Source of the DNA: Chiloscyllium plagiosum | Taxonomy: Eukaryota | Reading direction: 5' to 3' | NCBI RefSeq assembly: GCF_004010195.1 | Contig: NC_057720.1 | Span: 13,225,508 to 13,274,485, forward strand | DNA length: 48,978 nt | Made by a program: the position numbers and the translations under genes | Shown: piece after piece, positions 12,969 through 25,716 of the stretch | How the letters are laid out: every line of letters begins with the position of its first letter | How positions within the stretch are numbered: position 1 is the first letter of the stretch | Notes under the pieces: generated by a model | The model's input: only the letters and a program-made list of their open reading frames with translations | What the model was told of the DNA's origin: nothing | The model's database searches: none

Positions 12969-13396
12969 TGAAAGTGCACAGGCACCTCTCCAACCTTCGG
13001 CTTCAATGTGCAATCCATCTGTAGCTCTGCTTATTCCTCTTATCCTTAACATCAACGTTTCTGGTGAATCAGTTAACAGTAAACAAAGCAAATCATGTAT
13101 CCTGTCATAGTCTTCATATTGTTGAAAAGAAGTATTATACAATCATCTCTCACAGTTCTTTGAGATTCTGGATTTGAGGCTGTGCACCTTGACAGCTGCA
13201 ACTGATGATATTAGTGGAAGCATCTCTAGTGAATCCCTGTCACTGTCGCTTGCCAAAAGCCCAGTTTTGACCTGAAACCATGAAATTGATCTGTGATAAT
13301 CAGGACTGTCTTGTTCTGCCCCTGCATTTTAGTATTCAACTCATTTCGATAACTGAAAATGTCCATGAGATATGTTAGCTTAGCCTAGCAGTAAGT

Positions 13397-13746
13397 ATCA
13401 TAGAATCCCTACAGTGCGGAAGTAGGCCATTTGGCCCATCAATTCCACATGGACCTTCTGAAGTGCATCCCACCCAGACCCAACCCCCTACCCTATCCAT
13501 CTAACCCTGCATGTTGCATGGCTAACCAACCTAGGCTGCACATCCCTGGACACAATGGGCAATTTAGCATTGCCAATCCACCTAATCTGCACATGTTTGG
13601 ACTGTGGGAGGAAGCCAGAGCAACTGGAGGAAAGCCACACAGACAAGGGGAAAATGTGGGAACTCCACACAGACAGTCGCCCAAGGCTGGAATTGAAGTC
13701 AGGTCTCTGGTGTTTCGAGGCAGCAGTGGCTAACCACTATGCCACC
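13397..13746 (-). mobile_element. HE1-type V-SINE
   Basis: Reverse complement similar to 6261-6616. Confidence 0.85.
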
Positions 13747-13828
13747 ATTCTTCCCCTTATGCTACTGTATCAGACAATAACTTTTCATAAGCAGTTCATA
13801 CATGGCTCAAACTCTTTGGCAGTGGCTA

Positions 13829-13930
13829 GGAGATAGTGAGGCCTGCAGATGCTGGAAAGTCAGAGTTGATAAAATGTGTAGCTGGAAAAAGCACAGCAGG
13901 TTTGACCTGCTATGCTCTTTCCAGCTCCAG
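13829..13930. mobile_element. Penelope-like 3' fragment folded into an inverted repeat
   Basis: agctggaaaaagcacagcaggt-tt-gacctgctatgctctttccagct. Confidence 0.65.
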
Positions 13931-14529
13931 AAACTCTCAATTTTTCTCTGGTAGAGAACCTTGCCTATGATAACTATCATACCTTTGTGTGCAACAGTAA
14001 ACTCTGATGCTCAGCTGCCATCTCTTCATATAAACTAGCGAACAAACTTAATTAATTACATAAATTTTATGTAATTAATTTTCATGGCTTGCTTTGATAT
14101 TAGAGCTAAATCTAATGGCATTCACAAAGAACATAGTGGGTGATCTGAATGTCAGGATTTTGCTCTTTTGCCTCACTGGCAGGGGCAAGCAGGCTGCATA
14201 ACCAAACTGAGGTCCTATCTTCTACCCATGTATGGTGACGAATGTTCGCGTGTGTGTATGTGTGTGGAATTTGAAGCCTGCGCGTGCAGCTCTGAAGCTT
14301 GTGCATGTGCAATGAGTAGGGACACCTGGTGTCAGCAGGTATTGCCTTTAGTAATAGACACTGAGGTCCAGAGATCGGAATCATGGACACAGCCTCGACA
14401 CTCTGATAAAGCTGTGATGCTTCCTGAAAATGATGCTGCTGTGATACACCGTTTGAAAGTCACTGGTTATGATGACAGTAGGGACAATCAGTGTTTTGTA
14501 TCCCTGGCTACACAAACCATATTATCTCC

Positions 14530-14735
14530 TTAAAAGCAAAGCACTGCCGAAATTTGAAGTAAGAACAGAATGTGCTGCAGAGACTCAAGCTGTGGCAGCA
14601 TCTGTGGAGAGAGAAGGTACAACTGGAAACACTCTATCAATTAAGTCACATCAGAGTCAAAATGCTAACTGTTTTTCACTCCACAGAAGCTGCCAGACGT
14701 GCTCAGTTTCTCTTGCACTTTGTTTTATTTCATTG
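14530..14735. mobile_element. Old Penelope-like inverted terminal fragments
   Basis: ggcagcatctgtggagaga versus ctccacagaagctgcc in inverted orientation. Confidence 0.5.
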
Positions 14736-14984
14736 TTACCTCCTTGTCTCAGGCAGACTCATTTTGCATGTAATGGATTCAAAGTTGAGATCATCTTGGT
14801 TTACATTTGACTTTGTTGTGAATTCTGTGATTGATTTATGTGCTATGTCATAACGTAAACTTGGCAAAATAATCCAAAGCGCATCTCTGTAGACTATAAT
14901 TCAAAAATAGTGTCAAGAACTAATCACTGTTCTAATGTCAGAAGTGTAACAAACAGTTTGTGGGCAGAAAGATTCCAAAAACAA

Positions 14985-15265
14985 TAGAGTAATCATTCAT
15001 TTTTGTGATGTTGATTGAGGGGTAGGAATTGGGCTGGATGTTGGGCATAAGTCACCTGCTTTTCTTCTAAATAGTGCATTCGATGTTTTGCATCCACTTG
15101 AACCTGTCAAGGCCATAGTTTAACATCTCATCCAAAGGCTGAGGGCTTCAAAAATACAGCATATGCACTGGAGTGTCAACTATAATTTTTCCTCTCCAAG
15201 TTCTAGAATATGGAACTTGAACCCATAATTTTCCAACGTTGACAAGATTTTGCTGCCAGTTGAGG
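14985..15265 (-). mobile_element. Deu-domain SINE (SacSINE1/AmnSINE-like), old
   Basis: gtttaacatctcatccaaag...tgcactggagtgtca...ggaacttgaaccca resembles the Deu-SINE core plus a B box. Confidence 0.6.
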
Positions 15266-15519
15266 CACATTTGAGATTGAGAAATAATCCTTGCAATTTT
15301 TAAAAACTGAGTTGAGAAGTGATGCCATAAGTGATCTTTGTTTATTTCAAGTAGTGAAAGCTTACATAGTTCCTTGTGACTGTTGGTGCACAATACAGAA
15401 TTTTTTCTGATCAAATATTGACCTGAATGTTTTGATTTGCAGTTTTCATCTGGTAAATAGAAATTCTTACATGAATGTCATGAATAAGTCTTTGTTACAC
15501 ATTAAATGAAAGATGCTTC

Positions 15520-16148
15520 TTTGGAGCCAGAGAACTATAGACCAGTGAGCCTGACGTCAGTGGTGGGCAAGTTTGAGGGAATCCTGACGGACAGGATGTA
15601 CATGTATTTGGAAAGGCAAGGACTGATTCGGGATAGTCGACATGGCTTTGTGCGTGTGAAAGTGTCTCACAAACTTGATTGAGATTTTTGAAGAAGTAAC
15701 AAAGAGGATTGATGACGGCAGAGCAATAGATGTGATCTATATGGACTTCAGTAAGGTGTTTGACAAGGTTCCCCATGGGAGACTGATTAGCAAGGTTAGG
15801 TCTCACGGAATACAGGGTAAATGGGCAAAGTCTTTTCCCTGGGGTGGGGGTGTCCAGAACTAGAGGGCATTGGTTTAGGGTGAGAGGGGAAAAATATAAA
15901 AGAGACCTACGGGGCAACTTTTTCACACACAGGTGGTACGTGTACGGAATGAGTTGCCAGAGGAAGTGGTGGAGGCTGGTACAATTGCAACATTTAAGAG
16001 GCATTTGGATGGGTATATGAATAGGAAGGGTTTGGAGTGATATGGGTCGGATGCTGGCAGGTGGGACTAGATTGGGTTGGGATATCTGGTCGGCATGGAC
16101 GGGTTGGACCGAAAGGTCTGTTTCCATGCTGTACATCTCTATGACTTT
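15520..16148 (+). mobile_element. CR1 with an internal deletion
   Basis: NYRPVSLTSVVGK and DVIYMDFSKVFDKVPHGRL are joined at about 15817 directly to the last ~330 bp of the element. Confidence 0.85.
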
Positions 16149-16819
16149 GAGTAGTTGCCTGATGGTCAAGACTGAACTAAGCAAATTATCTATTCCATAG
16201 TTCTGCCTTCAAACTATGAACATACTTTCAGAGGTGTATTGTGCCACAGTCTATTTTGAACTTGTTGTGAATATTTATTTTTTTAAAACTGATTGCAAAA
16301 GACTTCAAAGAAAATGGCTGCTTATTCATCACCAGATGACTGTTGTGTATTGAATCCCTCCCTTGACTCCAAACAGAAGACAAGAAGTAATCCATACACG
16401 TTAATTAAGTGCCATTTCTGAACAGTGTTCCAAATTGAATGAGTCATTAAGATATCCATAACTCTGGTTGTCTCAAACTCACCATGTGAATGTCCTAGCA
16501 TAAGATATATAATCAAACTAAGCACACTGTTTTTGGAAAATAACTTTGAATAAATGGGAGTCACAAGATAAGATGACCGTACTTGCTGAAATTTAAAAGC
16601 AAACTTTAAGAAGCCATTTGCAGACAAATCGTGTCAGAAAGCCATCGAGCCATTAGCAAGTCAATGAAACAGCCAAGGTAATCAATGCTAATACCTTGAA
16701 ATTACAGGGGAAGACTCCCTAGCTGATTCCGATTTAAAGTTCAACTAAGAACCAACCTCCTGGAGGTTTAACTAGCAATCTGTCTTGCGGATTACTGACG
16801 ATCTTCTACTTCACATGGC

Positions 16820-17390
16820 AAAAAACCTGATTCTGGAAATCTGTAACAAGATTAGAAACTGCTGGAAAAACTCAGCCTGTCTGGCAACATCTGTGGACGG
16901 AAATCGGAATTAACACTTGGGTCCAGTGACCCTTCTTCAGAACTGATGGCAGCTAGAAAAAGGATGGCTTTTATGCAATTGTTATGGTGGAGGGAGAAGT
17001 AAATAATAGGTGGAGATACACCCCACTGAGAGATAAAAATCAGTTTGACGAACAAAGGAGTGGACAAAGATTAGCCAGGAAAATGAATAGCTGCTACTGG
17101 TGACCATGAGGTGCTGACAACAGGTTGTGTGTGGTGCAGCCTATGTGATGACAAGGTCTAGCATGTGGGAGTGGGAGAAAGCATGCGTAAAGGTGCTCAA
17201 GATATAAAATTGTTGAATTTGATATTAAGCCCAGAAGGCTTAAAGGTTCTCAAGTAGAAATTAAGATGCTGAGCTTCGCTGGAGCGCTGCTGCAAGCCTG
17301 AGACTCTGAGCTTCTAGTTGCTTGCCACTCAACACACCACTGTGTTCTTTGACCAACATCTCAGTCTCAGGCTTGCTGCAGTGCTCCATT
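16820..17390 (-). mobile_element. Penelope-like 3' region with an inverted endonuclease-coding segment
   Basis: Degenerate hammerhead at 16943-16909. 17315-17388 resembles a PLE GIY-YIG C-terminus (VACH...NISVSGLLQCS) and is partly inverted versus 17281-17310. Confidence 0.65.
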
Positions 17391-17399
17391 CCACAGTTA

Positions 17400-17880
17400 T
17401 AGAGTCATAAATATGTACAGCACGGAAACAGACCCTTCAGTCCAAGTTGTCTGTGCTGACCAGATATCTTGAATTAATCTAGTCCCATTTGCCAGCACTT
17501 GGCCCATATCCCTCTAAACCCTTCCTATTCATATACCCATTCAGATGCCTTTTAATGTTGTAATTGTACCAGCCTCCTCCACTTCCACTGGCAACTTATT
17601 CCAAACACGCACCACCATCTGCGTGGAAAATGTTGCCCCTTAGGTCCCTTTTAAATCTTTCCCCTCTACCCTAAACCTATGTCCTCTAGTTCTAGACTCC
17701 TTCACCCCAGTGAAAAAAATTATCTATTTATTCTGTTGATGGTCTTCATGATTTTACAAACCTCCATAAGGTCACGTCTCAGCCTTTAATGTTCCAGGGA
17801 AAACAGCCCCCAGACTATTCAACCTATGTCTATAGCTCAAACCCTTCAAACCTGGCAACCTCTGTAAATCTTTCCTGAAC
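17400..17880 (-). mobile_element. CR1 3' end
   Basis: Reverse complement similar to 10350-10820. Confidence 0.88.
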
Positions 17881-18079
17881 TAATATTCCAGCAAGTGTGT
17901 ATATCTATGAATCTGGTTTTCTTTTTGTCTGCCCAGTTCTTTGTTAATTTGAAACAATGTTGCTCATGATGTGAAATCCAAATTATTTTATGGAACTATT
18001 ACAGGAAGTTCCTACTTGTGGTCACGAATTAATGGAAAATTCCTTTTTAAATGATGGAAGTTGGGTCTCCACTTCAACT

Positions 18080-18188
18080 AGGAGAAAGTGAGGACTGCAG
18101 ATGAAAGGCTTATGCCCGAAACGTCGATTCTCCTTCTCCTTGGATGCTGCCTGACCTGCTGCGCTTTTCCAGCAACACATTTTTAAGC
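18080..18188. mobile_element. 109-bp Penelope-like insert with an internal inversion and 14-bp TSD
   Basis: TSD tctccacttcaact at 18066-18079 and 18189-18202. Confidence 0.85.
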
Positions 18189-19029
18189 TCTCCACTTCAA
18201 CTGTTGTACTGGGTTCAAGCATCCATCCCATATGTTTTACTCCTTAACAATAATGTATTGTGGACAAAAAAGTAGTAATTTATAAATTTTTGCAATTATT
18301 GCTATTTCTGTACAATCGTTTTTATTTAAATGCATTTCACAAAATTGACACCATCTGTTTAATTAAATTAATGGTTTTTATAATTAGATTTGAAGTTTGA
18401 ACAGATTCAGGGTTGCGTAACCACAAACACATGCTGTTAATATTGATCCATTATCAATCATTTTAAAATCATTAAATATCAATCATATATAATCCCACAA
18501 GATATTAGACTTCATTTTATTCTTTTGTTACAAATTTATGACTTAAAATATTTTAGGATGTGATTTTCATACCCTTTCTCAGTTTTTGCACCCACCCGCC
18601 TCCAAGTCACTCTGGATTTTCCTTCAGAGGAGCTTTGAGAAATGTTGGCTGTACTGGTCTAAGCAAGACAGTTAAAGTTGCCTAAAAATTACTGGTTTTG
18701 ACATGGGTTCTTACTAGTTATTGTAGGTGAAGTGGCTGCACTCTTCATTGCAATGAAAGCTGGTATGTGCATTCAGGACAGTTGCATGTGAACTGCTGAT
18801 TAACCTGAAGGCTGCAAAATTGACTGCACCACTGGCGAAATGATTCCCTGATTTTTGTTTTTCTTTAAATTGTTCAATAGAAATAGTGCTGTAAATGTTG
18901 ACAGAGTTAAGTGATTCCACAACCAATGGGTCAGGTCGGAGCTCTGCATTTTTGCCACATCTCGTCGTAAATAGTAGAGGGAAATTAAACAACTCGCTGG
19001 AGGAGGGGTCTCCACACACACCTCCTACC

Positions 19030-19880
19030 TTGATAATGTGGGAACACAGCACATCACAGCAAGGATAAAAGCTGAAGCATTTGCAACAACCTTTAGCCAG
19101 AAGCGTGGTGTAAATGATCCTCCAGTTTTTCCAGCAATTTCTGTTTTTGATAGAAATGAGGTGTGTCGGTTAGGTATATTAGTTGTGGGGAATGTAGAGA
19201 AATAGGGTAGGGGAATGGCTCTGGGTGGACTACTCTTCGGAGGGTCATTGTGAAGTTGTTGGGCCAAACAGCCTGTTTCCACACTCTATTAAATACAAGA
19301 GCAGGTTAGGAGCCATGAATCCTGCAGCTAGTACCACCCTGTCTGACTCCCAAAAACTGTCCACCATCTACAAGGTAGCACATCTCAGGAATGTGATGGG
19401 ATATTTCCCACTCACCTGAATGAGTGCAGCACCAACAACAACTTTCAAAGCTTGACACCATCCAGGACAAAGCAGTTCGTTTGATTGGCACCACATCCAC
19501 AAATATCCACACCCTCCATCACTATTCACCACTTACAAGATGCATTGCTAAAATTCAGCAGGGCTCTTTAGCACTTTACAAATCCATGTTGACTTCCATC
19601 TTGAAGGACAAAGGCAACAGATGCTTGAGAATGCCACCACTTCTAAGTTTCCATCTGAGTGTTTCACCATCCTTACTTGGAAAAGATATCACAGTTCCTT
19701 CAGTGTCATCAGATCAAAATCTTGGAATTTCCTCACAAACAGCAATGCAGTTGTACCTGCACCAAATGGACTGCGGTGGTGCAAGAAGGCAATTCACTAC
19801 CACCTTCTCAAGGGCAAATAGCTATGGGCCATAAATGCTGGACCAACCAGCGATGCCCGCATCCCATGAATAAACTTTTT
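19030..19880 (+). mobile_element. Fragments of a second CR1/L2-group LINE family, with an HE1 3' fragment at about 19160-19288
   Basis: KAEAFATTFSQK at about 19070; LSTIYK...VMGYFPL and KLDTIQDKAVRLIG; tail ataaatgctgg...catcccatgaataaa. Confidence 0.7.
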
Positions 19881-20409
19881 AAGACCAACAAGCCACTGGA
19901 TCAAACAAAAATGCAAATATTACTTGTTTTTGTTTCCTAATTTTTGCTTTGAATTCATCATCACTCTGCAATATTCACTCCTTAGCTGTTTGAAAGTATA
20001 TCTGCTCTGCATTCTTTTTGGTGCAGGCTATGAAGTACTTATCAACTGCAAGAAGATTTATCTATGGTTATCTATTGTGATTGCAAGTAATGAAAATATG
20101 ACAGCTCATTAATGATATATGTCCTATCATTGACTCCTGTGATATCACACTAATTCCTGTGGTATCGCACCATTCCCTGCCTGCAATTAGGGGGGAACAT
20201 TTATTACTACTCTTGTTTTTTCTCTGCCAACCAATTTTCTATTCATTACCCCCAATTTTTCATTTTGCACACTAACCTTTTATCTAAGTAAACCATGTTC
20301 AGTGGCTCTCCCTCATTAATTCTGCTCAAAACATCCTTGAAGAATCCCTGTTGATTTGCCAAGCATGATTTCACTTTTGTGAATCAATGTTGATTATCCC
20401 CTCCTGCCA

Positions 20410-20760
20410 CTGAGATACATAAGATGCTAAAGGCGATTGACAAAATAGACATGGAGCAGATGTTTCCAGTTGTAGGGCAAACGACAACAAAATGTCTTAG
20501 CTTTAGGCTAAGGATTAATGGATAAAACAGAAATGAGAAAGAATTATTTCCCTCAAAGCATCAAAAATGTGTGCAATTCACTACTGCACAAGGTAGTGGA
20601 AGCCAGAATATTTAATAAACTTGAGGAGGAAATGGACAGATTCTTAATTAGTTATGGATTAAAAGATTATGGGCAGAAAAGAGGAGTTGAGGCTGAGGTT
20701 AGCCATAACTGTGTTTCATAGTGGAACAGGCTCAAGGGCTGAATTGCCTACTCCTCCTAA
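20410..20760 (+). mobile_element. Old CR1 3' end
   Basis: KTEMRKNYFPQ...NSL. Confidence 0.6.
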
Positions 20761-20761
20761 T

Positions 20762-21210
20762 TATAGAATCATACAGCCTGGAAACAGACACTTCAGTCCA
20801 ACTCATCTGCATCAATCAGATCTCCCAATCTGACTTAATCCCTTTTGCCAGCGTTTGCTCATATTCATCTAAACCCTTCCTACTAATATATTATCCAGAT
20901 GCCTTTTAAATGTTGTAATGGTACCTGCCCTTTTTTCTACTCTGGCAATTCGCTCCATACATGCACCACCCTCAACGTGGAAATAAATTCCCCCTCATAT
21001 CCTTTTTAAATCTTTCCCCTCCCACCTTAAACCTATGCTGTCTAACTTTGGACTCCCCCACCCTAGGAAAAAGATGTTGGCTACTCACTCTATCCATGCC
21101 CCTCATGATTTTATAAAACGCTGTAAGGGCACCCCTCAGCCTCCACCGCTCCAGGGAAAAGAAGCCCCAGCTAATTTAACCTAAATGTTGAACCCTCCAC
21201 TCCCGGTGTT
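20762..21210 (-). mobile_element. CR1 3' end
   Basis: Similar to 17400-17880. Confidence 0.85.
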
Positions 21211-21214
21211 AGCA

Positions 21215-21885
21215 TCGCTGAAGACTCACTATCAACATCCTGAAGTTGCCATTGATAAGAAACTGAACCGGATTCACCATATAAAAACAGTGGCTACCAG
21301 AGCACTTCAGAATAGAGCAGCAAGTATGTCACCTCCTGACTCCTAAAGGATGTCCATCAATTACAAAGCACAAATCATGAGTGTGATGAAATACTCCACA
21401 CTTGCCAAGATGAGTGCAGCTCCATTAACACTCAAGAAGCTTGATACCATCCAGGACAGTGCAGCTTGCTTTGGCTCCCTTCCACCAACATCCATTCCCT
21501 CCACCACCAATGCACTAATGTGTACCATCTATAAGATGCACTGCAGCAATTCACCAAGGCTCCTTAGGTAGTATTTTCCCAACCCATGACCACTACCATC
21601 TGGAAGGACAAGGGCACGAGATAAATGGAGCACGATCACCTGCAAGTTCCCTTCCAAGCCACTCCCCATTCTGACTTGGAAATATATCACCATTTGTTCA
21701 CTGTCGCTGGGTCAAAGTGTGGAATTCCCTCCCTAAGGGCATTGTAGGTCTACTGACAGCACATGAACTACATTGGTTCAAGAAGGCAGCTCACCACCAC
21801 ATTCTCAGGGGATAATCAGGAATGGGCAATGAATGCTGGCAAAGCTAACAGTATCCACATCCAAAGAGTGAATAATAAAAACAAA
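21215..21885 (+). mobile_element. Second LINE family 3' part (same family as 19300-19880)
   Basis: YKAQIMSVMKYSTLA.MSAAP.TLKKLDTIQ and the same 3' tail. Confidence 0.75.
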
Positions 21886-22621
21886 CCATAATCTGAGAAA
21901 ATGTCTTAACATTGTGAGTGGTTAAAATCTGAAATCCACTGCCTTAATATATGCTGGGGCAGGCTCAATAGAAGCAGCCAAAAGGAAATTAGACAATTAT
22001 CCGAAAAGGAAGAATGTAAGGGGTCACAGGAAGAAGGCAGGAGTACCATTTTAGGCACGATTGGCCAAATGGCCTGCACTGTAACAATTCCATAATGTTG
22101 TAACTTCATAAACATGGCGAATTATACAAGCATATTTTCAACAGTGCTTGTTGAGAAATTGTCATTTTTGTAATTAAAGCAGCACATTCAACTTTGAAAT
22201 ATCAAAATGTCATTGATTCTTTACATATTTCTTTTGAATTGCAATCAAATGCATAAAAATGTTCTAAGCTCTGCCTGTTTCTGAATAACAGCTGCGCATC
22301 ATCATCATTATGCTGTCCAACATCATTATGCTGTTTTTTTTTTCTGTTTTTGGATTTTGTCTAATTCATTCTTGGAATGACTGTTGCTGACATCCCTAAT
22401 TCCCCTTCAGTCGATGATGATGAGCTGTTTCCTTGAATGAGTATAAGCCGAGATGGTGTAAGTGCACCATAGTGGTACAGTTAGTCAGAGAAACAAGATT
22501 TTGGCCCAACAACACTGAAGAAATGATGATATATTGCTAAGTCCCAAAAACGTGGTGACTTCTTGTTTTTGTTTTGGGTGGGTAGTTGCACTTATAGGTA
22601 TTTCTTTGCTCCTGCTGCACT

Positions 22622-23532
22622 TAGAGTCATAGAGATGTACAGCATGGAAACAAACCCTTCGGTCCAACCTATCCATGCCGACCAGATATCCCAACCCAAT
22701 CTAGTCCCACCTGCCAGCACCTGGCCCATATCCCTTCCTATTCATCTAACCATCCAAATGCCTCTTAAATGTTGCAATTGTACCAGCCTCCACCACATCC
22801 TCTACCAGCTCATTCCATATATTCTCTGCGTGAAAACGTTGCCCCTTAAGTCTCTTTTATATCTTTCCCCTCTCACCCTAAACCTATGCCCTCTAGTTCT
22901 GGACTCCCCGACCCCAGGGAAAAGACTTTGTCTATTTATCCTATCCGTGCCCCTCATAATTTTGTAAACCTCTAGAAGGTCTCCCCTCAGCCTCCGACGC
23001 TCCAGGGAAAACAGCCCCAGCCTGTACAGTCTCAAATCCTCCAACCCTGGCAACATCCTTGTAAATATTTTCTGAACCCTTTCAAGTTTCTGATAGGAAG
23101 GAGACCAGAATTGCACGCAGTATTCCAACAGTGGCCTCACCAATGTCTTGTACAGCCATAAAATGACCTCCCAACTCCTGTAATCAGCACTCTGACCAAT
23201 AAAGGAAAGCATACCAAATGCCTTCTTCACTATCCTATCTACCTGCGACTCCACTTTCAAGGAGCTATGAACCTGCGCTTCATGGTCTCTGTTCAGCAAC
23301 ACTCCCTAGGACCTTACCATTAAGTGTATAAGTCCTGCTAAGATTTGCTTTCCCAAAACGCAGCACCTCGCATTTATCTGAATTAAACTCCATCTGCCAC
23401 TTCTCAGCCCATTGGCCCATCTGGTCAAGATCCTGTTGTAATCTGAGGTAACCCTCTTCGCTGTCAGCACTACACCTCCAATTTTGGTGTCAACTGCAAA
23501 CTTACTAACTGTACCTCTTATGCTCACATCCA
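22622..23532 (-). mobile_element. 5'-truncated young CR1 (HER1-like)
   Basis: ORF 22802-23302 with LVRPLLEYCVQFWSP; highly similar to 9870-10820. Confidence 0.92.
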
Positions 23533-24161
23533 GGGAGAAAATCTGTAAAATGTCTTTTGCCTGAAGTTATTTTGCATTTAACTGTGCATTTTACAGTACT
23601 GCAATTAGAATTGCTCTCAGCTATTTTGTTCATTAACTTAAGACCCAGAATTCGAAATGCCAATGATAATTTATCTAGTGTTTTAATTGGTATAAGTGGT
23701 GGTTTTAGTTGTGTGTTCCACAGTTAGACCGATGTGAAAAGTACCTCTGCTTTGCAGCAATCAGAGAATTTCAGGGCCATGTAGGGTTGAGGAATATGAA
23801 GTACAATGTCCATTCTGCCTACTATTATGCAGCTGGGATTAGAACTGATTGGTGGGTGTGTGGCTGACGAAGCAATCTGACAGGTATTCTCTCCTGATTC
23901 AGGTTTACTTCTTTTGGGTCATAAGAAAATTGTTCAGAAGGCAATTTTCTTTATATCCTGATAGAAATATTAAATGTAACCATCTGATCAGCCATGATAT
24001 TCCAGAATAGCTAATTAGACAAAAGTAACTGAAGGACCTCCTCGAGCTCCTAAATTAAATTTTTACATTGAGACTATTCTAAGAACTGAAATAGCTACAT
24101 GTTTGGCATTCGAGAGAGAACCTGAAATAAGCTTCAAATGTTGGAGAGCTGGAATAGTTTG

Positions 24162-24245
24162 CAAAGTTAAAAATTACACAGCACCAGGTTATAGTCCAAC
24201 AACTTTATTTGGAAACACTAGCTTTCGAAGCTCTGCTCCTTCATG
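24162..24245 (-). mobile_element. Penelope-like terminal fragment truncated at the hammerhead core
   Basis: Matches 35076-35158; minus strand tcatgaaggagcagagcttcGAAAgcTAgt. Confidence 0.75.
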
Positions 24246-24668
24246 ATCGCTTGGATGATCGTTTCTGTTTCAGAGATGTGAATTATAATTGATGAGCATC
24301 CATCTTCCTCTCGTCCGTTGTGCAATCAACCCTTGAATAAAAGTTGCTTGATTTCAACATCTTAAATGACAATTAAATTGTACATAATGGCTCCTTTTAA
24401 GAGTCTTGAATATTTTAATTGAAATTATTTGTTAATTTGAATTCAAGTGCTAATCAGTAAAAACTACTACTTAATTTGAATTCAGTTTAATTCATGTAGA
24501 CTGAAGCAACTAACTTTGTTTCATTGAATTTGATGAAGAATTTGAAAACTGCAGTGACTTCTGTAGCAGGCACTTAAGATAAGTCAAATGCAGGAATCTT
24601 GACATTGCATGTTGAATGATTCTACTCCTTCATCGAGTGCAATGAAATATATTCAACGACTCTATGAC

Positions 24669-24985
24669 AGCACAGTCACTCGGAGGTTAACATGGCTGCT
24701 TCACAGCACAAGGGACCCAGGTCTGATCCACTCTTTGGTGACTGTATGGGGTTTGCATGTTCTCTCTGTGTCTGTGTGGGTTTCCACCCACAGTCCACGA
24801 AGATTTGCAGGTTAGGCTGACTAGCCATACTAAATTGCCCAAAGTGTCCAGGGCTGTGCAGATTAGCTGGAAATTCAAAGTTACAGGGAGAGGATGGGCC
24901 TGAGTGGGATGCTTTTCAGAGTGCCAGTGTAGATTCTATGGGCTAAATGGCCTACTTCCACAGCAGGGATTCTTTGATTCTATGA
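24669..24985 (+). mobile_element. HE1-type V-SINE, decayed
   Basis: gctgcttcacagcacaagggacccaggt...cccacagtcc...gggattct. Confidence 0.75.
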
Positions 24986-25477
24986 CATGTTGGGTTATGT
25001 ATCCATGGGTTAAAAAGCTGGAAAAACATAAGGTTAGGGCAGGAGAAAGTGAGTTTTTAACTGCGCTGTAAGTGATAGTTATTGACAAATCCCTCTGCCT
25101 GAAGATTAAAAAAATTCATTTAAAATGTGCATTCTCATTTCTTCAGAAGTTGATTGTTCTTACAGACGTTTTACTGAAAATTCTTTTTATCAAATTCATC
25201 TCTCTTAATCTTACCTTTCTATCCCAATCTTTGATTCCAAATCATATACAAAAAGTGAAATAACGTCCCCTTCGCTCAACATTGCCTGATTTAATCTTTG
25301 CATGCCTCGCTAACATACTTTCAGGCTTGTAAAAGAGAAACCTTCTGTTTGTAGAATAATTGTTCAAATGTTTACTTTTTACTGCCTACTTTATCATAGT
25401 GTTTTGAACTGAAGTCTTAAAAATGTCACTTGCATCATTGCTGATCAGCCTTCAAGCCCTGGACATTTTTTCCACAG

Positions 25478-25716
25478 AGAGAGCAATTGCAAGACATGAA
25501 GTAAGAGAAATTGAACAGCGCCGCACAATGGACAACCCAAGACAAGACCCAGGAGAAGAAGAGTTGGATGACATAATCATCCTTTATAATCGTGTACCGA
25601 AGACTGCCAGTACTTCTTTTACAAACATTGCTTATGATCTGTGTGCAAAAAACAGGTACCATGTCCTGCATATCAACACAACCAAAAATAATCCTGTGAT
25701 GTCTTTGCAAGATCAA
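25478..25716 (+). CDS. HS2ST1: HS2ST1 internal coding exon (probably exon 2), 239 bp
   Basis: Translates (E)RAIARHEVREIEQRRTMDNPRQDPGEEELDDIIILYNRVPKTASTSFTNIAYDLCAKNRYHVLHINTTKNNPVMSLQDQ, recognisable as HS2ST1, with the PAPS-binding loop RVPKTAST. Acceptor ttttttccacAG at 25476-77 (phase 1); donor GTgagt at 25717 (phase 0). Confidence 0.96.

Noticed and set aside
15495..16184. 229-aa minus-strand ORF and similar MYSMETD... ORFs
   Set aside because: Antisense frames of CR1 3' ends, repeated in every copy.
20135..24487. Short tandem or direct duplications (about 20135-20172, 22303-22334, 24432-24487)
   Set aside because: Ordinary slippage-scale duplications with no array or spacer structure; not CRISPR-like.
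25476..25483. Tandem AG acceptors (agagagag) as alternative splicing
   Set aside because: The first AG follows the pyrimidine tract and restores the expected protein; there is no evidence the others are used.
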